Source: Candidatus Methylomirabilota bacterium (lineage in GTDB: Bacteria > Methylomirabilota > Methylomirabilia > Methylomirabilales > CSP1-5). From it: 64,000 bases of DNA. The translations under genes were made by a program, and so were the position numbers. Where the stretch lies: positions 14,874 through 78,873 of the forward strand of contig JAPUFX010000053.1 of NCBI GenBank assembly GCA_027293415.1. Direction: 5' to 3'. Shown here one piece after another: positions 8,866 through 17,135 of this stretch. Under the pieces are notes generated by a model. It was not told the origin of the DNA and ran no database searches. It was given only the letters and a program-made list of their open reading frames with translations. How positions within the stretch are numbered: the stretch's first letter is position 1; every line of letters starts with the position of its first letter.

Positions 8866-9783
8866 ATGCGTGTCGTGTCTTTGTTGCCCAGTGCGACAGA
8901 GATTGTATATCTGTTGGGGCTGGGAGATCAGCTCACGGGGGTGAGCCATGAGTGCGACTTCCCTCTCGCTGCCCTCGACAAGCGAAAGATCATCAGACTT
9001 GCTTTTGAAGGTTTTGGGCTCAGTAGCCAAGAGATCGATGGACGTGTCCGGGATGCACTGGAGCGGGGAGAAAGGATCTATCAAATCGATCTTGAGGCGC
9101 TACAAGCGGCTGATCCTGACCTTATCCTGACCCAGGAGCTTTGCGACGTCTGTGCCGCCCCCTACCAAGATGTGCTGGAGGCGGTAACGAAACTTTCGCG
9201 GAAACCGGAGGTCCTTTCGCTAGATCCTAAGTCTCTCGGAGATGTACTCAAGGATGTCGAACGGGTAGGGGAGGCCACCGGGCGCCTCAGGGAGGCGGAG
9301 GACGTTGTCAGGTCATTACAGAAAAGAATCGAAACTGTTGTGACCCGGACCGCGAAGACAACCCCTCGGCCCACGGTCGTGTGCCTGGAGTGGCTTGACC
9401 CGCTAATGGCCTCTGGACACTGGATCCCCGAGATGGTAGACCTGGCCGGGGGGAAGGAGCCGCTGGGGAATCTGGGCACTCCTGCCCGACGGATTGCGTG
9501 GGAACACATCCTCGCCTCTGTCCCCGAGATCCTCGTCCTCATGCCTTGCGGGTTTGCTGTGGATCGGGTCCTTGAGGAGATCCATCTCCTCACGAGGCTT
9601 CCAGGCTGGGAGGGTCTGCCGGCCGTTCAGAAGGGAAGGGTGATTGCCGTGGACGGCCATGCTTATTACAGCCGATCGGGACCACGTCTGGTGGAGGGTC
9701 TAGAGATCCTGGCTCATCTTGTGCATCCGGAACTCTTCCCGGGCCCGGTTCCGGAGGAGATTGCGAAAGTCGTTGATCACTGA
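8866..9783 (+). CDS. BtuF/FhuD-type (class III periplasmic-binding-fold) cobalamin/metal-chelate binding protein without signal peptide
   Basis: It starts directly with RVVSLLPSATEIVYLLGLGDQL, the first beta-strand of the fold. No longer in-frame N-terminus is available. Confidence 0.75.
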   Translation: MRVVSLLPSATEIVYLLGLGDQLTGVSHECDFPLAALDKRKIIRLAFEGFGLSSQEIDGRVRDALERGERIYQIDLEALQAADPDLILTQELCDVCAAPYQDVLEAVTKLSRKPEVLSLDPKSLGDVLKDVERVGEATGRLREAEDVVRSLQKRIETVVTRTAKTTPRPTVVCLEWLDPLMASGHWIPEMVDLAGGKEPLGNLGTPARRIAWEHILASVPEILVLMPCGFAVDRVLEEIHLLTRLPGWEGLPAVQKGRVIAVDGHAYYSRSGPRLVEGLEILAHLVHPELFPGPVPEEIAKVVDH

Positions 9784-9840
9784 CTGTCACCCCCAGGTGC
9801 GGACATCGCAGATTGATATGGTCGAGAATGAGATCCGACG

Positions 9841-11535
9841 ATGCCTAAGGATAAATTAAAGCAGATCGAGGGGGCGGCAAAGACATGGGAGGAGGAGACA
9901 CTCCATCCCGCGTTGGAGAAGTCACCCGAGCGAGCGCAGGAGTTCAACACGGTCTCTGGGCACCCCGTGCGACGGCTTTATACGCCTTGCGACCTCACTG
10001 ATTTCGACTATATCCGGGAGCTCGGTTTCTCGGGCCTGTATCCGTTCACCCGCGGCGTCTATCCCACGATGTATCGCGGCAGGGTCTGGACCATGCGGAT
10101 GTTTGCTGGCTATGGCACCGCCGAGGAGACGAATCAACGATTCAAGTATCTCTTGGAACAGGCACAGACAGGTCTGTCGGTGGCCTTTGATCTGCCGACG
10201 CTGATGGGGTACGACTCCGACCATCCGATGTCACGAGGAGAGGTGGGGAAGTGCGGGGTGGCGATTGACACCCTGGCAGATATGGAGACGCTCTTCGAGG
10301 GCATTCCTCTGGGAGACGTGACCACCTCGATGACCATCAACTCGCCTGCAGCGATTCTCTGGGCAATGTATATCGCTGTCTGCGAGAAACAGGGTGTACC
10401 TTATGACCGAATCGGTGGAACGACCCAGAATGATATTCTCAAAGAATTTACCGCGCAGAAGGAATACGTTTTCCCCCTCGGGTCCTCTATGCGCCTTGTG
10501 GTAGATACTATTCTCTTCGGGGCCCGGTGTCTCCCTCGGTGGCATCCGGTTAGCATCAGCGGGTATCATATTCGGGAGGCAGGTTCAACGGCTATCCAGG
10601 AGCTGGCCTTTACCTTGGCAGACGGCATGGCATATGTCGAAGCAACCATGGAGGCGGGCCTCGACGTGGATGCCTTCGCACCGCGGCTGTCTTTCTTCTT
10701 TAACGTCCACAATGATTTCTTTGAAGAAATTGCCAAGTTTCGCGCCGCGAGGCGCATTTGGGCGAGATTGTTGCGAGAGCGGTACGGCGCCAAGGATCCG
10801 CGATCCTGGCTGCTCCGAACCCATGCACAGACGGCGGGATGCGCCCTGACCGCCCAGCAACCCTATAATAACGTCGTGCGAGTTGCGATTCAGGCCCTGG
10901 CCGCGGTCCTGGGTGGAGCGCAGTCGCTCCACACCAACGCCTTGGATGAAACGCTGGCGCTTCCGACGGAAAAGGCAGCTACGATCGCTCTGCGGACGCA
11001 GCAGATCATCGCCCACGAAACCGGAGTAACCCAAACGATCGACCCCGTGGGGGGGTCTTATTTTATCGAGACCCTGACTCGGGAGATGGAGGAAGCGGCC
11101 TGGGACTACATTCAAAAGATCGACAACCTGGGGGGGATGGTCAGGGCGATTGAGAAGGGCTTCCCGCAGCAGGAGATCGCCGACGCCTCCTATCGGTACC
11201 AGCAGGGGGTCGAGGCAGGGGAGCAGGTGGTGGTCGGGGTAAACCGATTCGTCGCCGAGGCGGACGGACCGATCCCGCTACTCCAGATCGACCCGGACGA
11301 GGCAGCCCATCGGCAGGTAGAAAAGATTCACCATTTGAAAAAACAGAGGGACTACGGGCGGGTCGAGCAAACGTTGGATGCTCTCCGAAGGGCAAGTGAT
11401 GGGAGCGATCCTTGGGCTCGAAACCTTCTTATGCCGAAGATCCTGGATGCGGTCCGGGCCTACGCGACCTTAGGAGAGATCATGGGGGTCTTCCGGGAAG
11501 CATGGGGGGAATACGTTGAGCCGGCCATCCTTTGA
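9841..11535 (+). CDS. adenosylcobalamin-dependent acyl-CoA mutase, large substrate-binding subunit (ICM-like pocket)
   Basis: Alignable by eye to the methylmalonyl-CoA mutase TIM barrel ([32 protein letters not shown]). Phe88 and Gln206 occupy the specificity positions. Confidence 0.9.
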   Translation: MPKDKLKQIEGAAKTWEEETLHPALEKSPERAQEFNTVSGHPVRRLYTPCDLTDFDYIRELGFSGLYPFTRGVYPTMYRGRVWTMRMFAGYGTAEETNQRFKYLLEQAQTGLSVAFDLPTLMGYDSDHPMSRGEVGKCGVAIDTLADMETLFEGIPLGDVTTSMTINSPAAILWAMYIAVCEKQGVPYDRIGGTTQNDILKEFTAQKEYVFPLGSSMRLVVDTILFGARCLPRWHPVSISGYHIREAGSTAIQELAFTLADGMAYVEATMEAGLDVDAFAPRLSFFFNVHNDFFEEIAKFRAARRIWARLLRERYGAKDPRSWLLRTHAQTAGCALTAQQPYNNVVRVAIQALAAVLGGAQSLHTNALDETLALPTEKAATIALRTQQIIAHETGVTQTIDPVGGSYFIETLTREMEEAAWDYIQKIDNLGGMVRAIEKGFPQQEIADASYRYQQGVEAGEQVVVGVNRFVAEADGPIPLLQIDPDEAAHRQVEKIHHLKKQRDYGRVEQTLDALRRASDGSDPWARNLLMPKILDAVRAYATLGEIMGVFREAWGEYVEPAIL

Positions 11536-11623
11536 TCCCGTCGGCGACTGCGGTATCATTGACACTACGTTCTTCGGCGGAAATGGGTTTCATGAGAACG
11601 GTCAAGGGAGCGAAGGTGACACT

Positions 11624-11920
11624 ATGAGCAAGACATACGGGGTCCGGTTCGATCTCTGGGTGGCCGGGAGACTTGAGCCACAATTGATCCTTTTCGAACA
11701 GGAAGATCGGCCTACCGAAACAGAAATTGTCGGTTGTGTTCGCGATAGGGGCAAGAGCATGGGGGGCACACTTTTCGGAAGCGAGTCAAAGGAGCCAGAG
11801 CTACAGGTAGAGTATCGTTCAGGGGTAGCAAATGACCAGGAATTCTGGGGGCGTGATCCAGGGTTTGGGGCGCTTTGTCAAGAGGTGAAGTACGAAACGC
11901 GTGAGGGCAATGATGGGTGA
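11624..11920 (+). CDS. hypothetical protein (98 aa)
   Basis: The ORF lies between the two mutase subunits, and its end overlaps the start of the small-subunit gene. I recognise no motif. Confidence 0.4.
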   Translation: MSKTYGVRFDLWVAGRLEPQLILFEQEDRPTETEIVGCVRDRGKSMGGTLFGSESKEPELQVEYRSGVANDQEFWGRDPGFGALCQEVKYETREGNDG

Positions 11921-12323
11921 GGAGCGGAAGACTCGTGTGTTGGTTGCGAAGCCGGGGCTTGATGGCCATGACCGCGGGGCCAAGGTGATCGCTCGGGCCT
12001 TTCGAGACGCCGGGTTCGAAGTAATCTATACCGGGCTTCGGCAGACACCGGAAATGATTGTGAGTGCCGCGATCCAGGAGGACGTCGATGCCATCGGTCT
12101 TTCCTGCCTTTCGGGAGCCCATATGTACCTGTTCCCGCACGTCGTAAAGCTTCTTCGGGAGCGTGGGGTGGACGACGTGGTGGTATTCGGCGGTGGAACG
12201 ATTCCGGACGACGATATCCCCAAGTTGAAGGAGGCAGGGATCACTGAAGTCTTTACCCCAGGGACTCCAACGTCGGTCGCTATTGACTTCGTCCGGAACC
12301 ATGTGCGGCCCAGAAAGACATGA
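11901..12323 (+). CDS. acyl-CoA mutase small subunit, B12-binding domain
   Basis: Carries the DGHDRG (DxHxxG) cobalamin-binding motif and a Rossmann-like sequence. Confidence 0.9.
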   Translation: MRAMMGEERKTRVLVAKPGLDGHDRGAKVIARAFRDAGFEVIYTGLRQTPEMIVSAAIQEDVDAIGLSCLSGAHMYLFPHVVKLLRERGVDDVVVFGGGTIPDDDIPKLKEAGITEVFTPGTPTSVAIDFVRNHVRPRKT

Positions 12324-12501
12324 AGCATGAGCCTCCTCTCGGCTCGCCATCATGAAACCTCGTGAAATGGCTTTTTAGAACGGTTTATGAATATAATGCG
12401 AACTCTGAAGGATATAATTGTATCTACTTGAAATATGTGAGAATGGATATGCGCGAGCTATCTGCACATTGGGAACCGTGAGCAGCGCATCAGGATGAAA
12501 A

Positions 12502-13440
12502 GTGGAGATCGTTGAGAGGGTGCGGCAAGGGGATGTTCGGGCGATGGCCCGCCTGATGTCGCTGATCGAGAATTATTCGCCAGACGCAACACTGGCTTTG
12601 AAACAGCTCTATGCCTTCACAGGCCAGGGGTTGATCGTGGGGATCACCGGTCCTCCGGGCTGTGGCAAGAGTACCCTCACCGATCAGCTCACCCAGGAGT
12701 TCCGGCGGGGTGGGAAGACCGTAGGGATTGTTGCCGTGGACCCCACCAGCCCGTTTACAGGGGGAGCGATCCTGGCTGATCGCATCCGGATGCAGCAACA
12801 CAGTCTGGACGCCGGGGTCTTCATCAGGAGTATGGCCACCCGAGGGCACCTCGGAGGCCTGGCCAAGGCCACCTACGATGTGGTGAATGTGCTGGATGCG
12901 GCGGGAAAGGAGATCATTCTTGTTGAAACAGTAGGCGTGGGACAGGATGAAGTCGAGGTGGTGAAGACGGCACACCTCTCCATTGTTGTGTCTGTTCCGG
13001 GTCTTGGAGATGATATTCAGGCCATCAAAGCTGGAATCTTGGAGATTGCGGATATCTTCGTCGTCAACAAGGCAGACCGTGAAGGTGCGAATAAGACCGT
13101 GACAGAGCTCCAAGCCATGCTGGCTCTCGGCCCGGAGCGCTCAGAAGGAAGCCCTCCCATATTCAAGACAGTGGCTCCCCAAGGGCAGGGAATCGCGGAA
13201 CTGGCCCAGGGAATTCTTGCCCGTCAGGCACATCTAGATCGAGAAGGGTTTCGGCAGACGCGTCAGCGGGAACGGAGTCGGGCTCTCTTTCTGGAGCTCC
13301 TCCAGGAGCGGGTGACCCGGCGTCTCCTGGAGCAGGCCATCGCCAATGGAAGCTTCGAGGAAACGATCGAGCGGATTGCAGATCGTGATCTCGATCCGTA
13401 TTCGGCGGTGGAAGAGCTCCTCGGGAAGGCGGGTCTCTGA
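12502..13440 (+). CDS. meaB: MeaB/ArgK-type G3E GTPase (mutase chaperone)
   Basis: P-loop GPPGCGKST, VETVGVGQ and VVNKADR motifs. Confidence 0.9.
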   Translation: MEIVERVRQGDVRAMARLMSLIENYSPDATLALKQLYAFTGQGLIVGITGPPGCGKSTLTDQLTQEFRRGGKTVGIVAVDPTSPFTGGAILADRIRMQQHSLDAGVFIRSMATRGHLGGLAKATYDVVNVLDAAGKEIILVETVGVGQDEVEVVKTAHLSIVVSVPGLGDDIQAIKAGILEIADIFVVNKADREGANKTVTELQAMLALGPERSEGSPPIFKTVAPQGQGIAELAQGILARQAHLDREGFRQTRQRERSRALFLELLQERVTRRLLEQAIANGSFEETIERIADRDLDPYSAVEELLGKAGL

Positions 13441-13523
13441 CCCATGCCTCGTGGTATCCCCCAGTCCATAACGGTCATTTCCGCACCTCCCGGAACATAT
13501 CGATACCCCGGCCAATTTCATGC

Positions 13524-14513
13524 TTGCAGCGGAATGGTGTGCCGATGAGGGTGCTCGCCTCAGGGGGAGGCTTGTGTCGTTGGGTACACCCCGACGATTT
13601 TCGAGAGTGGGTGCAGGTTCATAAGAGTCGGGAGCCGGTGGAAAAGTTGGTGACGGAGGACGAGGCCGTCTCCCGATGTGTCGCGGACGGGGACTATGTC
13701 GCCTACGATTTTTCCTCCCTTACCCGAGGTCCCCAGGCCCTCGTTCGGGAAATTATCCGGCAACACAAGCGGAACCTCTGGATCTGCGCCGAGTTTACTC
13801 TGCACGATTCGTCCCTGCTGGTCGGGGCTGGGTGCGTCGACCGCATCGACGTGGGATTCTTGGGATATGGCAATTACATCGGACGGGCCGTGGTGGAAGG
13901 GAGAGTCCAGGTCTTTGAATGGACCAACGGGGCGTTGGCCTTTCGGATGCTCGCCGGAGCCAGAGGCATCCCCTTCATGCCGATGCGGAACCTCTTGGGA
14001 ACAGACACATTCCTCCAATCGGGGGCGAAGGTGGTGGAAGATCCTTTTGGCGGCGATGCCGTCTGCCTGGTCCCGGCGCTGAACCCAGATGTCTTCCTCG
14101 TCCATGTCCATCAAGCGGATGTGTACGGAAACGCCCGGATCTTCGGAACCAACCTCTTTGCCTTGGAGGGAGCCATGGCCTCGAAAAAGGTCATCGTTTC
14201 TGCCGAGGAGATTATTGAGCCCCTCGAGTTTCGGAAAGAGCCGGCGAAGACGACTATTCCGTACTTTCTTGTGAGTGCGGTCGTGCATCTCCCTTTTGGG
14301 GCGTACCCGGGTGGGGTACCCGGCAGGTACGAGCTGGACGTCGAGCATATCCAGCACTTGAACGAGATCGAGACCGAGGACCACATGCGAGGGTACCTTG
14401 ATTCGTGTGTGTATAGCGTCGGGAATCACGCCGAGTTTTTGGGCCGAAGGGTAGGATGGAAACGCCTGACTGATATGGTCTGCCGGGCATCGATTAAAGA
14501 AGGATATGGATAG
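13524..14513 (+). CDS. family I CoA-transferase subunit A (glutaconate CoA-transferase-like)
   Basis: Family-level similarity (GDYVAYDFSSL..., HQADVYGNARI). The start is uncertain (Met at 13545 is possible). Confidence 0.8.
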   Translation: MQRNGVPMRVLASGGGLCRWVHPDDFREWVQVHKSREPVEKLVTEDEAVSRCVADGDYVAYDFSSLTRGPQALVREIIRQHKRNLWICAEFTLHDSSLLVGAGCVDRIDVGFLGYGNYIGRAVVEGRVQVFEWTNGALAFRMLAGARGIPFMPMRNLLGTDTFLQSGAKVVEDPFGGDAVCLVPALNPDVFLVHVHQADVYGNARIFGTNLFALEGAMASKKVIVSAEEIIEPLEFRKEPAKTTIPYFLVSAVVHLPFGAYPGGVPGRYELDVEHIQHLNEIETEDHMRGYLDSCVYSVGNHAEFLGRRVGWKRLTDMVCRASIKEGYG

Positions 14514-14556
14514 CCCACGACTGGACACGCCCGGGGGGTGACCCTGTAGGGAGAAG

Positions 14557-15348
14557 ATGGATAACGTTGCTGGATTCACCGATACGGAGCTCATGATCTG
14601 CGCGGCCGCGCGCCTGCTCGAAGACCGAAAGACGGTATTTGTCGGGTGGGGGATTCCTCAGGTGGTTGCTCTGTTGGCCGAGAAGCTCTATGCGCCAAAT
14701 TTGGTCCAGGTCTTCGAGTTTGGGGCGATCGGCCCTCAGTCTTTGACCCCCTTTGTCCGAGGGACCATGGGGGGGCCATCCAACATATACCGGTCTCTCC
14801 AATGGACCAACATGAACTGGGCCTTCTCGTACGCCGCAACGGGATACCTGGATTACGGAATGATCGGTGCCCTCCAAGTGGATGCATACGGCAATGTGAA
14901 TTCGACCCTCTTGGGCGGAACCTACGATCGGCCCGGACGACGGTTCCCTGGAAGCGGAGGGGGAAACGAAGTTGCCTCCCTCTGCTGGAAGACCATCGTC
15001 GTTTTGAAACATGAGCCGCGCCGTTTCGTGCAGCGCCTCGACTTTATGACCTCCCCGGGGTACCTGACAGGTCCCAGGGCCAGGGAAAGGGCCGGTCTCC
15101 CACGGGGCACCGGACCCTATCGTGTCGTCACGTCGCAAGCCGTCTTCGGCTTTGACGAGGAGACAAAGCACATGCTTCTCCTCGGCGCGTTGCGGGGAAT
15201 TGCCAAGGATCAAGTGATCCGGGGGATGAGTTTTCAGCCCATGGTGGCAGAGAAGGTAGAAATTGTGGAACCGCCAACACAAGAGGAGCTGAGGGTTCTG
15301 CGTGAAGAGATCGACCCGGCCCGAATGATCATCGGACGACCCGCCTGA
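14557..15348 (+). CDS. family I CoA-transferase subunit B
   Basis: GALQVDAYGNVNST and GSGGGNE motifs. It is paired with subunit A. Confidence 0.8.
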   Translation: MDNVAGFTDTELMICAAARLLEDRKTVFVGWGIPQVVALLAEKLYAPNLVQVFEFGAIGPQSLTPFVRGTMGGPSNIYRSLQWTNMNWAFSYAATGYLDYGMIGALQVDAYGNVNSTLLGGTYDRPGRRFPGSGGGNEVASLCWKTIVVLKHEPRRFVQRLDFMTSPGYLTGPRARERAGLPRGTGPYRVVTSQAVFGFDEETKHMLLLGALRGIAKDQVIRGMSFQPMVAEKVEIVEPPTQEELRVLREEIDPARMIIGRPA

Positions 15349-15380
15349 TGCGCGATGGGGCAATCTTGAGGTGAGGGTGA

Positions 15381-15506
15381 GCGGGATTTTCCGCACATGC
15401 TGAGGGGTGTGAGGAGTCCGGCTTCAAACCTGGGGATCCTCGGGGGCTGCTGTGGCACCACCCCTGCTCACCTCGAGGCGGTCGTCCACTCCCTCCGTCA
15501 CCTGTG
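15381..15506 (+). pseudogene. relic of the C-terminal end of a homocysteine S-methyltransferase / MetH Hcy-binding domain
   Basis: The frame reads ...SNLGILGGCCGTTPAHLEAVVHSLRHL*. GGCCGTTP.H is the hallmark zinc-ligand motif of this domain. There is an in-frame stop at 15378 and no start codon. Confidence 0.55.
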
Positions 15507-15531
15507 AAAATCCCCTTCCTCCAAAATTCCT

Positions 15532-15560
15532 CTTGACATTCCCCTGACAACTCTTTAATT
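15532..15560 (+). promoter_or_regulatory. sigma70-like promoter (TTGACA-17-TAATTT)
   Basis: Consensus -35 at 15532-15537, a 17-nt spacer, then TAATTT at 15555-15560. Confidence 0.5.
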
Positions 15561-15603
15561 TTCGCCCTTGTGTCTTCAACCAGGAAGGGGGTGAGATCAC
15601 TGT

Positions 15604-15795
15604 ATGGCCAAGGGAGACCGCAAGATGGCTAAGCTGGCCTCCCGGGTGGTAAACAATGGCGACACCCGGGAATATTCCTGCTCGGCCGACGGAACCAAAA
15701 TGACTTGGGTCCAATACGTTGGAGAAAATGGCCGAGGCAGGACCGCGCTGCGTTGCGAGAAGTGCGGGGCTATCAAATTTCGATCCGATCTGTGA
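15604..15795 (+). CDS. small Cys-containing protein (63 aa), hypothetical
   Basis: A GGAAGGGGGTGAG ribosome-binding region lies upstream. The ORF is bracketed by a near-consensus promoter and an intrinsic terminator. Cysteines occur in YSCSADG and RCEKCG. Confidence 0.6.
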   Translation: MAKGDRKMAKLASRVVNNGDTREYSCSADGTKMTWVQYVGENGRGRTALRCEKCGAIKFRSDL

Positions 15796-15815
15796 TCGTC
15801 GTTCAGGGTGGCAAA

Positions 15816-15843
15816 GGGGGGGGGCATCTGTCCCCCCTTTTTT
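15816..15843 (+). terminator. intrinsic terminator
   Basis: A G-run and C-run form the hairpin (GGGGGG...CCCCCC), followed by T6. Confidence 0.75.
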
Positions 15844-16081
15844 GTCTCATGCATCCTCGAAGGAACGCTCAGATGATCCTTGAAAAATGGCATCATTCTT
15901 GAAGTGAATTGTGAAACATCGTCCGGCGCTCGAAAGAGGTGTTCCTCCCGCTCTTACCAGAAGAGACGAAACCGCACCCCTCATGCAAGGCTATGGCGCA
16001 GCGGAGAGAATGGAGTATAATATAACGTCAGGATGAAAGCTGTTGCTCTAACTGCTTAATTTGCATGGAGGTGAGGATCCG

Positions 16082-17125
16082 GTGAGAATTGCACAGGTCG
16101 CTCCGCTGTATGAAAGTGTTCCCCCCAAACGCTACGGAGGTACCGAGCGGGTGGTTTCGTACCTGACGGAAGAGTTCGTTCGGCAGGGCCACGACGTGAC
16201 CCTCTTCGCCAGCGGGGATTCGGTGACCACGGCGCGTCTTGTTGCGCCGTGTCATCGCTCCCTCCGTTTGGACAAGTCCTGCATGGATCAGCTGGCCTAT
16301 CACGTGATTGAAATCGAGAACGTATTTCGCAACTCGTCCCGCTTTGACATCATACATTTCCATCACGATTATCTGCACTTCCCCCTGGCCAGGCGTGAGA
16401 GAACATCGGTCGTGACTACCTTGCACGGGCGGCTCGATATCCTAGACCTGCTTCCTCTGTTCCGGGAATTCTCCGAGATGCCCGTCGTGTCCATCTCCGA
16501 TGCCCAGCGCGAACCCCTGCCCCGCCTCAATTGGCAGGGGACGGTCTACCACGGGCTTCCGGCGAACATGTATTCCTTCCAGGAGGAACCCGGGAAGTAC
16601 CTGGCCTTCCTTGGCCGTATCTGCCCGGAGAAACGGGTCGATACCGCCATCGAAATTGCCAAGCGGACGGGGATGGAACTCAAGATCGCGGCCAAGGTGG
16701 ACAAAGTGGACCAAGAGTACTTCGCAGACATCATCCGGCCGCTGCTCGATCACCCGTTGATCGAGTACGTCGGGGAGATCGGAGAGGCGGAGAAGGATGC
16801 GTTTCTGGGAAACGCGTACACACTTCTCTTTTCCATTGACTGGCCGGAACCCTTCGGGTTGGTGATGATCGAGGCCATGGCCTGTGGCACGCCCGTCATT
16901 GCGCGACGCCGGGGATCTGTTCCTGAAGTGATGGAGGAGGGTGTCACAGGGTTTATCTGCGATACGGTGGAGGAGGCAGTCAGAGCGGTGCAGGAGGTCA
17001 AGAGTCTCGACCGCAAGCGTTGTCGACAGGCCTTTGAAAAACGGTTTACGGTGGCACAGATGGTGCAAGGATACGTGGCCATCTATGAGCGGCTGCTGGG
17101 GCGGCCGCAAAAGCTCGCCGCCTAG
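16082..17125 (+). CDS. family 4 (group 1) glycosyltransferase
   Basis: VRIAQVAPLYESVPPKRYGGTERVV N-terminus and C-terminal EPFGLVMIEAMACGTPVIA (E-x7-E region). GTG start at 16082 follows GGAGGTGAGGA. Confidence 0.85.
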   Translation: MRIAQVAPLYESVPPKRYGGTERVVSYLTEEFVRQGHDVTLFASGDSVTTARLVAPCHRSLRLDKSCMDQLAYHVIEIENVFRNSSRFDIIHFHHDYLHFPLARRERTSVVTTLHGRLDILDLLPLFREFSEMPVVSISDAQREPLPRLNWQGTVYHGLPANMYSFQEEPGKYLAFLGRICPEKRVDTAIEIAKRTGMELKIAAKVDKVDQEYFADIIRPLLDHPLIEYVGEIGEAEKDAFLGNAYTLLFSIDWPEPFGLVMIEAMACGTPVIARRRGSVPEVMEEGVTGFICDTVEEAVRAVQEVKSLDRKRCRQAFEKRFTVAQMVQGYVAIYERLLGRPQKLAA

Positions 17126-17135
17126 AACGGATCTA

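Noticed and set aside
8758-9840. Possible cobalamin riboswitch upstream of the BtuF-like or mutase genes
   Set aside because: I looked for the B12-box-like core in 8758-8865, 9784-9840 and 12327-12501 and found nothing resembling it. The first region is occupied by the heptad palindrome.
13560-14594. 344-aa ORF on the - strand
   Set aside because: Antisense to CoA-transferase subunit A. Shadow ORF.
16941-17135. 65-aa N-terminal extension of the glucosidase ORF
   Set aside because: It overlaps the 3' end of the GT4 gene in another frame. Family similarity begins at the GTG at 17136.
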